This document shows, piece by piece, positions 18,069 to 26,097 of a stretch of 32,000 nucleotides of DNA; the stretch's first letter is position 1, and each line of letters opens with the position of its first letter. The position numbers and the translations under genes were made by a program. The stretch is from assembly GCA_041494705.1 (NCBI GenBank), contig JBGQBI010000003.1, positions 270,001 to 302,000 on the forward strand, written 5' to 3'. Source of the stretch: Candidatus Methanoperedens sp. (GTDB taxonomy: Archaea > Halobacteriota > Methanosarcinia > Methanosarcinales > Methanoperedenaceae). The notes beneath the pieces are model-generated. The model ran no database searches and had not been told where the DNA came from. It was given only the letters and a program-made list of their open reading frames with translations.

Positions 18069-18177
18069 TAAACCCAAACAAGCTTCCCTAACACGTCCTC
18101 AGGCTGCCTCTCTTTAAAACCGCGCGCCTCCCCTGCCCGCCGGCGCCGTCCCAAAAATGCAGGCTCGAAAAGTCTAT

Positions 18178-18685
18178 TCACGGATTCCAGACTTTAATCC
18201 ATTCCACTCTTTCAAAATCGCTATCGTTAGTAGCAATGTCGAATATTCTATATCTTTTCATAACTGCCAGATGCAGCGAATCTTTCGGATGAAGCAGGTA
18301 TTCTGTTCCATAATCGTATATCTTAAAAGCATCATCGCCTGTAATTTCAAGAAGCTTCAGGGTTTCGAGAGATTTGACATATCCAATAAAATCCCTTAAC
18401 GATTGAATAACATTTCTGTGCGAAATTCCTGTCCTTTTCAATCATTTCTCTTACTTTTCGAGGGCTTTTGGAATCAAGAATCTCAAGCCCTTTGTTAATA
18501 ATTAGGACGTATGCAGCCTCATCAATAACAGCCGGTGAGGTGAACGCCTCTACCTCATTATTTTCAACTTTCTCTAAAAAAGCAGTTGCAGATTCGGTAT
18601 ACTTTGATTCTGCCGCATGATAGACAAATACGTTTGCATCAATAAATATGGGCCTTTCTCTAAAGGCGGATAGCTCATTTCTCAT
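18178..18685 (-). pseudogene. vapC: PIN-domain VapC toxin, split by a 1-nt frameshift near 18420-18441
   Basis: Two overlapping ORFs (18347-18685 and 18178-18441) together give one PIN domain: N-terminal IFIDANVF, then TSPAVIDEA, and C-terminal DSLHLA ... TNDSDFERV. The frames switch within ...gaaaaggacagg... Confidence 0.6.
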
Positions 18686-18899
18686 ATTTTTCTAAGATGC
18701 TATCAGAATATATATCCTTCATTTCTTTTAAGGAAAGTCTCAATTTCCCGCAATAGCCCTTCATTCTTCTTGTGATATTTTTTTCCTTGATGATAAGTTC
18801 TTTTTCTCCGATTTTGACTTCGACTCTTCCGGATATCTTTGCATCGTGAAGAGTCCCGTAAGGAATAACAAGCCCTTCTTTAACGCCATCAACTTGCAT
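18675..18899 (-). CDS. vapB: Putative antitoxin (small AbrB/SpoVT-like) paired with vapC
   Basis: 74 aa. It overlaps the vapC start by 11 nt, the standard antitoxin-upstream TA arrangement. The fold assignment is tentative. Confidence 0.5.
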   Translation of the reverse strand: MQVDGVKEGLVIPYGTLHDAKISGRVEVKIGEKELIIKEKNITRRMKGYCGKLRLSLKEMKDIYSDSILEKYEK

Positions 18900-18960
18900 A
18901 TTAAAACTAAACGCTGGATTTATATATAAAACTTGACACGAATTTCAAATAAAAATACTC

Positions 18961-19005
18961 CAACCCTCCCCCCTGCCCCCGATGCCTGGCGCGGGTCGAG
19001 GAGAG
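18961..19005. repeat. GC-rich short dispersed repeat, copy C (...cctcccccctgcccccgatgcctggcgcgggtcgaggagag)
   Basis: Combines the C-rich cctcccctgccc motif (also at 18128-18140) with the gatgcc-ggcgcgggtcga core (copies A and B). Confidence 0.6.
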
Positions 19006-19054
19006 CATGGAGAACAATATTAATATGAGCAGACTAATTTAAACAGTGAGATTT

Positions 19055-19261
19055 ATGGAATCTTCGATAAACCTTGAGGCGCGGCTTCTAGCTCTGGATA
19101 AAGAACTCCATGCTATTTTAAACATGGTCAGAGAGCAGCGAGCAACCGAGAAAAAAACAGGTGTGGTGAAAGAAACCCTTGGCGCGTGGGGTTATGATGT
19201 GGATAGCAAGAAATTTGTGGATAATCTGCGCAAGTCCAAGAGATTAGATTGGGTAAAATGA
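19055..19261 (+). CDS. Orphan antitoxin-like small protein (archaeal VapB-like)
   Basis: About 68 aa from ATG 19055, with a C-terminal ...GAWGYDVDSKKFVDNLRKSKRLDW pattern. Its stop overlaps (ATGA) the start of a PIN-like ORF. Confidence 0.45.
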   Translation: MESSINLEARLLALDKELHAILNMVREQRATEKKTGVVKETLGAWGYDVDSKKFVDNLRKSKRLDWVK

Positions 19262-19410
19262 AAGTATTTATCGACACATCAATATCCACCCTCACCCAAA
19301 CCCCACAGCTCGCCGCTCCTGGCACCGTCCTGCAAATACAGAATCGAAAATTCTATTCACGGAGCCAGGTGCAGCGAATCTTTCGGGTGAAGAGGATACG
19401 GCTTTGGTAA
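19258..19410 (+). pseudogene. Truncated PIN-domain toxin remnant. Only MKVFIDTSI is retained; the rest is GC-rich repeat plus the antisense of a vapC fragment.
   Basis: ATG 19258 overlaps the antitoxin stop. MKVFIDTSI is a typical PIN N-terminus with the conserved Asp. From about 19287 the sequence switches to repeat DNA, with stop at 19408-19410. Confidence 0.5.
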
Positions 19411-19583
19411 GCACCTTGTCCCATAGACTAATTTCGGCAAAGTTTTATATATTTTAAAAATAGTTATAAATTAAGATTTGAGGCTGTTTTAGCAGCAGCA
19501 TTTACGGCAGTTAAAGTTTGTCTATTTCTGCGGTTATGTTTGCCCTTTACAGTTGATAATCGAAAGTTAAGGATGTGTAAATA

Positions 19584-19790
19584 GTGAAAGAATTTCAGGA
19601 AAGTAATGCTCCGGTAACAGCCGGGGAAACATATGACGTATCGATTGATGACATAGCAAAAGAAGGCGACGGTATTGCCAGGGTTGAGGGTTTTGTAATC
19701 TTTGTACCCGGGACAAAAGTCGGCGATAAAGTTAAGATCAAAGTAAGTAAAGTGATGCGAAAATTCGCAATTGCAGAGAAAGTAGAATAA
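19584..19790 (+). CDS. TRAM-domain protein
   Basis: 68 aa. GETYDVSIDDIAKEGDGIARVEGFVIFVPGTKVGDKVKIKV matches the TRAM OB-like domain pattern. GTG start. Confidence 0.75.
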   Translation: MKEFQESNAPVTAGETYDVSIDDIAKEGDGIARVEGFVIFVPGTKVGDKVKIKVSKVMRKFAIAEKVE

Positions 19791-19841
19791 ATTTTATTTT
19801 TTTCTACTTTTTTAGGTAATATCTTTTTATTTTTGTTTATT

Positions 19842-22016
19842 TTACTTTTGGTTTTTTACACTGTTTTTTCTTATATCATTAAAAAAGTTCATGAGTGAAT
19901 ACTTTACTCGCTCAGGTTCAACATCGACTATCTCTTGACGTTCTTCTTCCGGAAAAATATTGAAAACCGAATATTTTCCCCAGCGTTTGACGGACGAGGA
20001 CGTGTATCGCCCATCCAGCAACACCCTCACGCCATAATCAGAAGGCGAGCGGACGACCCGTCCCAGCGCCTGCCTGACTTTTCTTATCGTGGGAATTTCA
20101 ACCGCATAATCCCAGCCGTGCCCGAATTCCGCCTCGTATGCCGCCTCGATTGCCTTCATCCTGTCTGAAAGGGCAGGATAACCTACACCGACTATTACCA
20201 CCGTTCTCCCCCTTCCATCCTTATAATCCACTCCTTCCGTGAGAGTCCCCCACATATAGGATATCAGCACCGCTTTTTCGCCCGCTTCGCCTATCCTGAA
20301 GAAATCTTCCCTGATTTGCTGCGCTGAAACGCCAACCTCGTCAAGGAAGACCGGGACATTGCATTTAATCCTGTTCCTGTACTGCGAAGCTTCATGAAAG
20401 CTCGGGAAGAAGATAATCACATTGCCATCTGATTGCTCTATTATATCATTCAGGACTTTTGTTACCAGTTCTTTTGTCTGGTCCCTGTCCTTGGCGAACA
20501 GTGGCGGGACCGATGCGGCTATTGTCAGGCGTTTTTCTTTTGGGAAACTGAGCCCGAAAGCTAGTTCACGAGTCTCCCGCGAAATACCAAGAGTTTTCTT
20601 GATAGTCTCGAAAGGAGCAAGGGTGGCGGACATAAGCACTGCCGAATGAACTGAACTAAACAAAGGCTCTGTGACATTTTTCGGGATGCAGGTAAATAAT
20701 TCAAGCCTTCCGTATATCTCTCTGTTATGGCGCCTCACACTCAAAATCGGATAATGGCTCCTGTCGTTTGAAGATTTCATGTAACTGGAAAGAAAGACGG
20801 CTGCAGTCATCGCGCTTGATATTTTCTTTACAGGGCTTTTCCCTTCATTGAATTGTTTTTCGTAAAAAGCATCGATAGTCAATCCGAAGCTCCTCATGCG
20901 TTCTATTGTTTCATCAGGTTTTTTTATCCCTGCCCCTTCCAGCGCCTTTAGAAGCTTAGCCCTGAACATATCTGTCCTATCCTCAGGGTCGGCAATCCGG
21001 AGGTCATACCAGTCATCCCCCACCCTTTCCCGCTCACCGAACTTCTTATCGAGAATATAATTATACGTGGACTTCAGCGTATCCATGAGAACACGCAGAA
21101 AAATTTCGACGTCCTTTGACGGTAAAGTATCATTGTTTGCCTCAATCTCGTCAAGCGCCCTGTTTATTGTGAGTTCTGCCAGCTTCATGGATGAATGCGA
21201 ACGCGCTGCCGACTCGATATTATGAGCTTCGTCAAAAATAGCGATAATATCGGGAAGACCTTTGTCCATCCACCCAAGCACGTTGGTGCGTATATCCTCG
21301 TTGAGAAAATGATGATAATTGCATATCAAAAGGTCGGCTTCTTTCATGTACCGTTTCAGTAATTCATATCCACAGCTATTATGCGATAATGCCCATTCTG
21401 CCACTTCATCAGGCGTGCGCACGCCTGAAAACAGCCATTTGCGAAATTCATCATTATCGCTTTTCAGAAGTTCAAAAAGGAAATCGCATGAATTTTTCCT
21501 GACTTCGTGAAGCCTGCGTTCTTCCTTATCCGATTCACTGCTCAATTCCCTTTGAAGCTCAATCAAACCGGTATCCCCAGTCCGCTTAAGTTTATCCCTG
21601 ACAGATTTTATTTCGTTTTTCAAATGCCCGAAGTCTTTTTCCTGTTCAATCATTTTGTAGGTATTATCACGAAGCAAACTGCATGTATCATAATCCATGT
21701 TCGGCTTCGGGCACATGAGCATCTTGCCTTTGAGGACAACGACTTTTATATCTGCCTGTTTTCTTATTTCCCTCGCCTCTTCGATGAACTGTTCCATCTG
21801 CTGGTGGACATTGGTTGCTATGACTGCAATTTTTTTCTCCGTTTTTGCGATATGGAGGGCAGGTGCAAGAGCGCTCAGGGTCTTTCCCGTCCCGCATGCC
21901 CCTTCGAACAGCACAACCTGTTTCTTTATCAGGGCCTCATGGATGGCGTCCATCGCTTCAATCTGGTTCGGATAATATGAGCTCTTTGGAAAATAGCGAA
22001 GGTAGTCCCTTTTCAT
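19842..22016 (-). CDS. xpd: XPD/Rad3-family 5'-3' DNA helicase (FeS helicase)
   Basis: GACGTGKT Walker A, DEAHN motif II, and four Cys between them (MCPKP, DTCSL, NSCDF, NSCGYE) for the 4Fe-4S domain. C-terminal QALGRVVR motif VI. Confidence 0.88.
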   Translation of the reverse strand: MKRDYLRYFPKSSYYPNQIEAMDAIHEALIKKQVVLFEGACGTGKTLSALAPALHIAKTEKKIAVIATNVHQQMEQFIEEAREIRKQADIKVVVLKGKMLMCPKPNMDYDTCSLLRDNTYKMIEQEKDFGHLKNEIKSVRDKLKRTGDTGLIELQRELSSESDKEERRLHEVRKNSCDFLFELLKSDNDEFRKWLFSGVRTPDEVAEWALSHNSCGYELLKRYMKEADLLICNYHHFLNEDIRTNVLGWMDKGLPDIIAIFDEAHNIESAARSHSSMKLAELTINRALDEIEANNDTLPSKDVEIFLRVLMDTLKSTYNYILDKKFGERERVGDDWYDLRIADPEDRTDMFRAKLLKALEGAGIKKPDETIERMRSFGLTIDAFYEKQFNEGKSPVKKISSAMTAAVFLSSYMKSSNDRSHYPILSVRRHNREIYGRLELFTCIPKNVTEPLFSSVHSAVLMSATLAPFETIKKTLGISRETRELAFGLSFPKEKRLTIAASVPPLFAKDRDQTKELVTKVLNDIIEQSDGNVIIFFPSFHEASQYRNRIKCNVPVFLDEVGVSAQQIREDFFRIGEAGEKAVLISYMWGTLTEGVDYKDGRGRTVVIVGVGYPALSDRMKAIEAAYEAEFGHGWDYAVEIPTIRKVRQALGRVVRSPSDYGVRVLLDGRYTSSSVKRWGKYSVFNIFPEEERQEIVDVEPERVKYSLMNFFNDIRKNSVKNQK

Positions 22017-22080
22017 CGGCGACTATAAGATTTGACATGATATAAACAGTGCGATTGGTTAAATGATAATCAAACCTAGT

Positions 22081-22100
22081 AGTACTACTTTAGTACTACT
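22081..22100. promoter_or_regulatory. Direct repeat agtactact x2, 11 bp apart and each containing the palindrome agtact, in the divergent xpd / 22154 promoter region
   Basis: Read directly at 22081-22089 and 22092-22100. A related gttactacc lies at 22126-22134. TATA-like tttttatatt at 22114-22123 (plus gene) and tttatat on the minus strand near 22040-22046 (xpd). Confidence 0.35.
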
Positions 22101-22153
22101 ATATTATCACCACTTTTTATATTGGTGTTACTACCTTCTTTTGGTTAATAAAA

Positions 22154-22573
22154 ATGGACTCAGGTAAAAAAGGGGGGAACATGAATTCAATGGCTGTGGT
22201 TAGGGCTGATGATGCGGCAAAGGTAAGAATAGCCCTCTACGATTTAGTGCGATACGGTCACATGACTTTTGCTGACCATGCAAGAAAACTGGAACCGACT
22301 TTTGCAGATAATATCCTGGTGCATATTATGAAAAGCCCGTTAAAAGCATGCTGTCTGGCGGCTGCGATAGTACCGCTTGAAGACCAGCCCAGCATGGCAA
22401 TCGGCAGGCTTCGGAAAATCCATCCTCCAGCGCACGTCATAATCGTAAGTCCAAGGCATGAAATTTATCACGAATTGGTTAATTACGTGGATATATTGCC
22501 TGAAATAGACCTGACATTCGAATCTGGCGCCGAGCCGGAAACTGTCCAGCAAGCGGCTGAAGCGGAAGTATAA
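22154..22573 (+). CDS. Hypothetical protein (139 aa or shorter; alternative starts at Met10 and Met13)
   Basis: ORF with genome-typical composition between xpd and the fwd operon. No motif recognised. Confidence 0.5.
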   Translation: MDSGKKGGNMNSMAVVRADDAAKVRIALYDLVRYGHMTFADHARKLEPTFADNILVHIMKSPLKACCLAAAIVPLEDQPSMAIGRLRKIHPPAHVIIVSPRHEIYHELVNYVDILPEIDLTFESGAEPETVQQAAEAEV

Positions 22574-22585
22574 AAATAGCATTAA

Positions 22586-22602
22586 TTTTTTTATCTTTTT
22601 TT
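22586..22602 (+). terminator. Oligo-T tracts (T7 a tc T7), archaeal-type terminator candidate
   Basis: Two T7 runs 13-30 nt after the TAA stop at 22571-22573. Confidence 0.45.
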
Positions 22603-22654
22603 GTCGTTTGATTTTTCTGTTTTTGTGTCATTTATTCAAATAAAATCACATACT

Positions 22655-22665
22655 TTTTAAATATG
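22655..22665 (+). promoter_or_regulatory. TATA-like box (tttttaaatat) for the fwd operon, with an agaggg RBS at 22694-22699
   Basis: Lies 41-51 nt upstream of ATG 22706. A purine-rich Shine-Dalgarno-like agaggg sits 6 nt before the ATG. Confidence 0.4.
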
Positions 22666-22705
22666 GACGTAATTATCAACCATAACATTAAAAAGAGGGT
22701 TTCAG

Positions 22706-23080
22706 ATGACATTAAAAGTAACACTGATAACGGGACGAACTATCAATCAGGGAGCAAATCTTGAAAATAAGACCTCTTCTGATTATCAGGAAGCGACTGC
22801 ATATTGTGAATTGAATTCAAAAGATATTGGGGTTCTGGGTAAATCCGGGGAAAAAGTGAGGATTAAAACAAAACATGGGGAAGTGGTTGTCAAATTGAAG
22901 GAAAACAACGGCAATCCGGATGGATTGGCGTTCATCCCGATGGGTCCCTGGGCCAATGCGGTGGTCGACCCCGATACAAAAGGCTGCGGAATGCCAGGGT
23001 TCAAGGGGATTCCGGCTGAAATCGATGTTACGAATGATAAGATACTGTTGATGAAAGAACTTTTTGCGAGGTATAAGTAA
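22706..23080 (+). CDS. fwdD: Formylmethanofuran dehydrogenase subunit D
   Basis: 124 aa. LITGRTINQG ... GLAFIPMGPWAN is typical of the molybdopterin-dinucleotide-binding-domain subunit. ATGA-type overlap with fwdB. Confidence 0.85.
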   Translation: MTLKVTLITGRTINQGANLENKTSSDYQEATAYCELNSKDIGVLGKSGEKVRIKTKHGEVVVKLKENNGNPDGLAFIPMGPWANAVVDPDTKGCGMPGFKGIPAEIDVTNDKILLMKELFARYK

Positions 23081-24381
23081 TGTCAAATGTAATAACAGAT
23101 GCGCTTTGCCCTTTTTGTGGCTGTGTGTGCGATGATCTGACGATTGTGACAGAAAATAACAAAATAATTGAAGCAAAAAACGCATGCAAGCTCGGCGCTG
23201 CAAAAATCATGGGACATCACAGGATAAAAGCGCCGATGATGAGGAAAGATAAAAATTCCGATTTCAAAGAAGTATCTTACGATGAGGCTATAAACGAAGC
23301 CGCAGCGATACTTGCCCAATCGAAGAGACCACTTTTGTATGGCTGGGCATCGGCCCTGTGCGAAGTCCATAAAAAGGGCATTCTTCTTGCCGAGGAACTG
23401 GGAGCAATCATAGATAATACGGCCACTGTATGCCATGGACCGTCCACGCTTGCTGTTCATGAAAAAGGGCTTCCCTCATCGACTCTCGGCCAGATCAAGA
23501 ACCGCGCTGATGTTGTGATATTCTGGGGCAGCAACCCTGTGCAGGCTCACCCAAGGCACATGGGACGCTATTCTGTTTTCGCAAAGGGATTTTTTTCGGA
23601 AAAAGGACGCAAAGGGCGAAAAATAATCGTCGTTGATGTACGAAAAACCGATACCGCCAACATAGCCGATGAATACATACAGGTGGCGCAGGGAAGTGAT
23701 TACGTGGTATTATCAGCGCTTCGCGCCATACTTTCAGGGCATGCGGATGTCGTCCCCGCAACCGTAGGCGGCGTTTCGAAGGAACAACTGGTAAAACTTG
23801 TTGATACCTTAAAAACTGCAAGGTTCGGCGCTGTTTTCTTCGGTATGGGGCTTACCCAGAGCCAGGGCAGGTATAAGAACATCGATAATGCAATTTCTTT
23901 GATAACTGAATTGAACTCGTTCACAAAATATGTAATCATGCCCATGCGCGGACATTACAATGTCACAGGCTTCGGGCAGGTCTGTTCGTGGGAGACTGGT
24001 TTTGCCACCGCTGTAGATTTTTCACGCGGTGCGCCGTATTATAATCCGGGAGAGACCACGGCGAACGATGTGCTTACCAGGAAAGAAACTGATGCAGCGA
24101 TGATAATAGCAGGCGACGCGGGCGCTCATTTCCCTGCAGATTCAGTGAGGCACCTTGCGAAAATACCTGTAGTCCAGGTGGACCCGTACTGGAACCCCAC
24201 GACTGAGGTCGCAAATGTGGTCATCCCCGTTGCAATCTGCGGTGTTGAGGTGGAAGGTACTGCATACAGGATGGACGGTGTTTCCCTGCGCTTTCGGAAG
24301 ATGATAGAGCCTACACATCCTACGGATATTGAGATCCTTGAAAAAATAACTGAACGTGTCAGAGAGATAAGGGGTGAATAA
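23080..24381 (+). CDS. fwdB: Formylmethanofuran dehydrogenase subunit B (Cys-type active site)
   Basis: N-terminal CPFCGCVCDD FeS motif. TATVCHGPS with Cys at residue 118 (TGC, 23431-23433). W versus Mo specificity cannot be read from the sequence. Confidence 0.88.
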   Translation: MSNVITDALCPFCGCVCDDLTIVTENNKIIEAKNACKLGAAKIMGHHRIKAPMMRKDKNSDFKEVSYDEAINEAAAILAQSKRPLLYGWASALCEVHKKGILLAEELGAIIDNTATVCHGPSTLAVHEKGLPSSTLGQIKNRADVVIFWGSNPVQAHPRHMGRYSVFAKGFFSEKGRKGRKIIVVDVRKTDTANIADEYIQVAQGSDYVVLSALRAILSGHADVVPATVGGVSKEQLVKLVDTLKTARFGAVFFGMGLTQSQGRYKNIDNAISLITELNSFTKYVIMPMRGHYNVTGFGQVCSWETGFATAVDFSRGAPYYNPGETTANDVLTRKETDAAMIIAGDAGAHFPADSVRHLAKIPVVQVDPYWNPTTEVANVVIPVAICGVEVEGTAYRMDGVSLRFRKMIEPTHPTDIEILEKITERVREIRGE

Positions 24382-24383
24382 CC

Positions 24384-26096
24384 ATGGAGCTTCTTATAAA
24401 GAACGGGTCGGTATTTGACCCGAAGAACGGAATTTCAGGCGATAAAACCGATATTTCTATCAAAGACGGAAAAATCGTGGATAAGGTCAGTAGTTCGGCT
24501 TCCGTTATAGATGCCAGCGGAAGGCTGGTCATGCCTGGCGGAGTTGACGCCCATTCGCATATAGCTGGCGCAAAAGTGAACATGGGAAGGATAATGCGCC
24601 CTGAGGATACGCGGTCAGGAATAAAGCCAAGGACTAAAATAACAAGGCCCTACACGGGATACACAGTCCCGAATGTCTATGCCATGGGATACCGCTACGC
24701 CCAGATGGGCTATACCACGGTGTTCGAAGCTGCACAGGCTATCATGAAAGCGCGGCATACACATGAGGAGTTAGAAGAAATTCCAATAATAGACAAAGGC
24801 GCGCTCACTCTTTTCGGCAGCAATTGGCCCACAATGGATTATGTGCGTGAGAAGAACATGGATAAGCTTGCGGCTTATGTTGCATGGGGACTCCTTGCCT
24901 CGCGAGGGTTCGGTATAAAATGTGTGAATCCGGGCGGAGGCGAGATGTGGGGCTTTGGCAAGAACGTAACAGGTCTTGATGATGTTGTCCCGAATTTTGA
25001 TGTTACGCCTGCACAGATTATCGTATCGTTAATGAAAGCCAATGAGATGCTGGGACTTCCTCATTCGGTGCATCTTCACTGCAACAACCTGGGGAAACCG
25101 GGTAATTACAAGACCACGCTTGCAAGCATGGAGCTTGCAAAACAGGTGAAGCCGAGCAAGGACAGGCAGGTTCTGCACGTCACTCATATCACGTTCAATT
25201 GCTGGGGCGGGACGAACTGGGGGGATTTTGAATCCAAAGCCGATGAAATCGCAAATTACCTCAACAATAGTGAGAATATCACTACTGATATGGGGCAGCT
25301 TATTTTTGGAAGCGCGACGACGATGACCGCCGATGGACCCGTCCAGTATGCAAACGCGAAATTATTGCATGCAAAATGGGCTAACGGCGATGTTGAGCTT
25401 GAAGATGCCTCAGGCGTTGTTCCAATATTCTATGCCAAGCAGGTCTCAATACATTCAATTATGTGGGCTATGGGACTTGAGCTTGCATTGCTAACCAAAG
25501 ACCCGTATAAGGTTTTACTCACAACAGACCATCCGAACGGTGGCCCTTTCGTGAATTATCCAGAGGTCATCGCACTTCTTATGAGCAATAAGAAACGGCA
25601 GGAAGAGATCAAGACGCTCCATGAGGCTGTTCATAAAAGGACAAAGATTCCGGGAATTGAACGTGAACTTGACTTCAACGATATAGCAATAATGACAAGA
25701 GCCGCCCAGGCAAAGGTGCTTGGGCTCCTTGATACCAAAGGTCATCTTGGCGTCGGCGCAGACGCCGATATTTCTGTATATGACATTAAACCCGACCAGA
25801 TAGACCCGTCCGTGGAACATGCAAAGATAAAGAGCGCCTTCCAATCTGCGGCTTACACTATAAAAGGCGGCGAGGTAGTCGTGAAAGACGGGCAGATTAC
25901 AGCTACGCCCATGGGCAGGACATTCTGGGTAGATGCTTCAGTGCCGGAAGAACATACCGACATTATGATGAAGGATATACGTATGAAATTCAAGAACTAT
26001 TATTCAATAAACCTTGCAAACTATATGGTGCAGGATGCATACGTCACGCATCCGAGAGTGATAAAAGCCGGCGCAATCCCGGTGGAGGTGAGCTAA
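24384..26096 (+). CDS. fwdA: Formylmethanofuran dehydrogenase subunit A (amidohydrolase)
   Basis: 570 aa. VMPGGVDAHSHI is a metal-binding amidohydrolase motif. Position in the operon fits. Confidence 0.88.
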   Translation: MELLIKNGSVFDPKNGISGDKTDISIKDGKIVDKVSSSASVIDASGRLVMPGGVDAHSHIAGAKVNMGRIMRPEDTRSGIKPRTKITRPYTGYTVPNVYAMGYRYAQMGYTTVFEAAQAIMKARHTHEELEEIPIIDKGALTLFGSNWPTMDYVREKNMDKLAAYVAWGLLASRGFGIKCVNPGGGEMWGFGKNVTGLDDVVPNFDVTPAQIIVSLMKANEMLGLPHSVHLHCNNLGKPGNYKTTLASMELAKQVKPSKDRQVLHVTHITFNCWGGTNWGDFESKADEIANYLNNSENITTDMGQLIFGSATTMTADGPVQYANAKLLHAKWANGDVELEDASGVVPIFYAKQVSIHSIMWAMGLELALLTKDPYKVLLTTDHPNGGPFVNYPEVIALLMSNKKRQEEIKTLHEAVHKRTKIPGIERELDFNDIAIMTRAAQAKVLGLLDTKGHLGVGADADISVYDIKPDQIDPSVEHAKIKSAFQSAAYTIKGGEVVVKDGQITATPMGRTFWVDASVPEEHTDIMMKDIRMKFKNYYSINLANYMVQDAYVTHPRVIKAGAIPVEVS

Positions 26097-26097
26097 C

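Noticed and set aside
17890-18181. Three overlapping 60-75-aa ORFs on both strands in the GC-rich spacer
   Set aside because: They are mutually overlapping, Arg/Pro/Ala-rich and low-complexity, and made of the dispersed repeat and the decamer array. No start context or motif supports them.
19411-19583. Possible small RNA or long structured 5' leader upstream of the TRAM gene (TATA-like ttttatatatttt near 19442-19455)
   Set aside because: Only weak, imperfect complementarity was seen. There are no convincing stems or recognisable tRNA/riboswitch-like motifs, so it is left unannotated.
23080-24381. Possible selenocysteine (in-frame TGA) in fwdB
   Set aside because: The active-site residue in the TVCHGP context is encoded by TGC (23431-23433) and the ORF has no internal TGA. 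This is a Cys-type enzyme.
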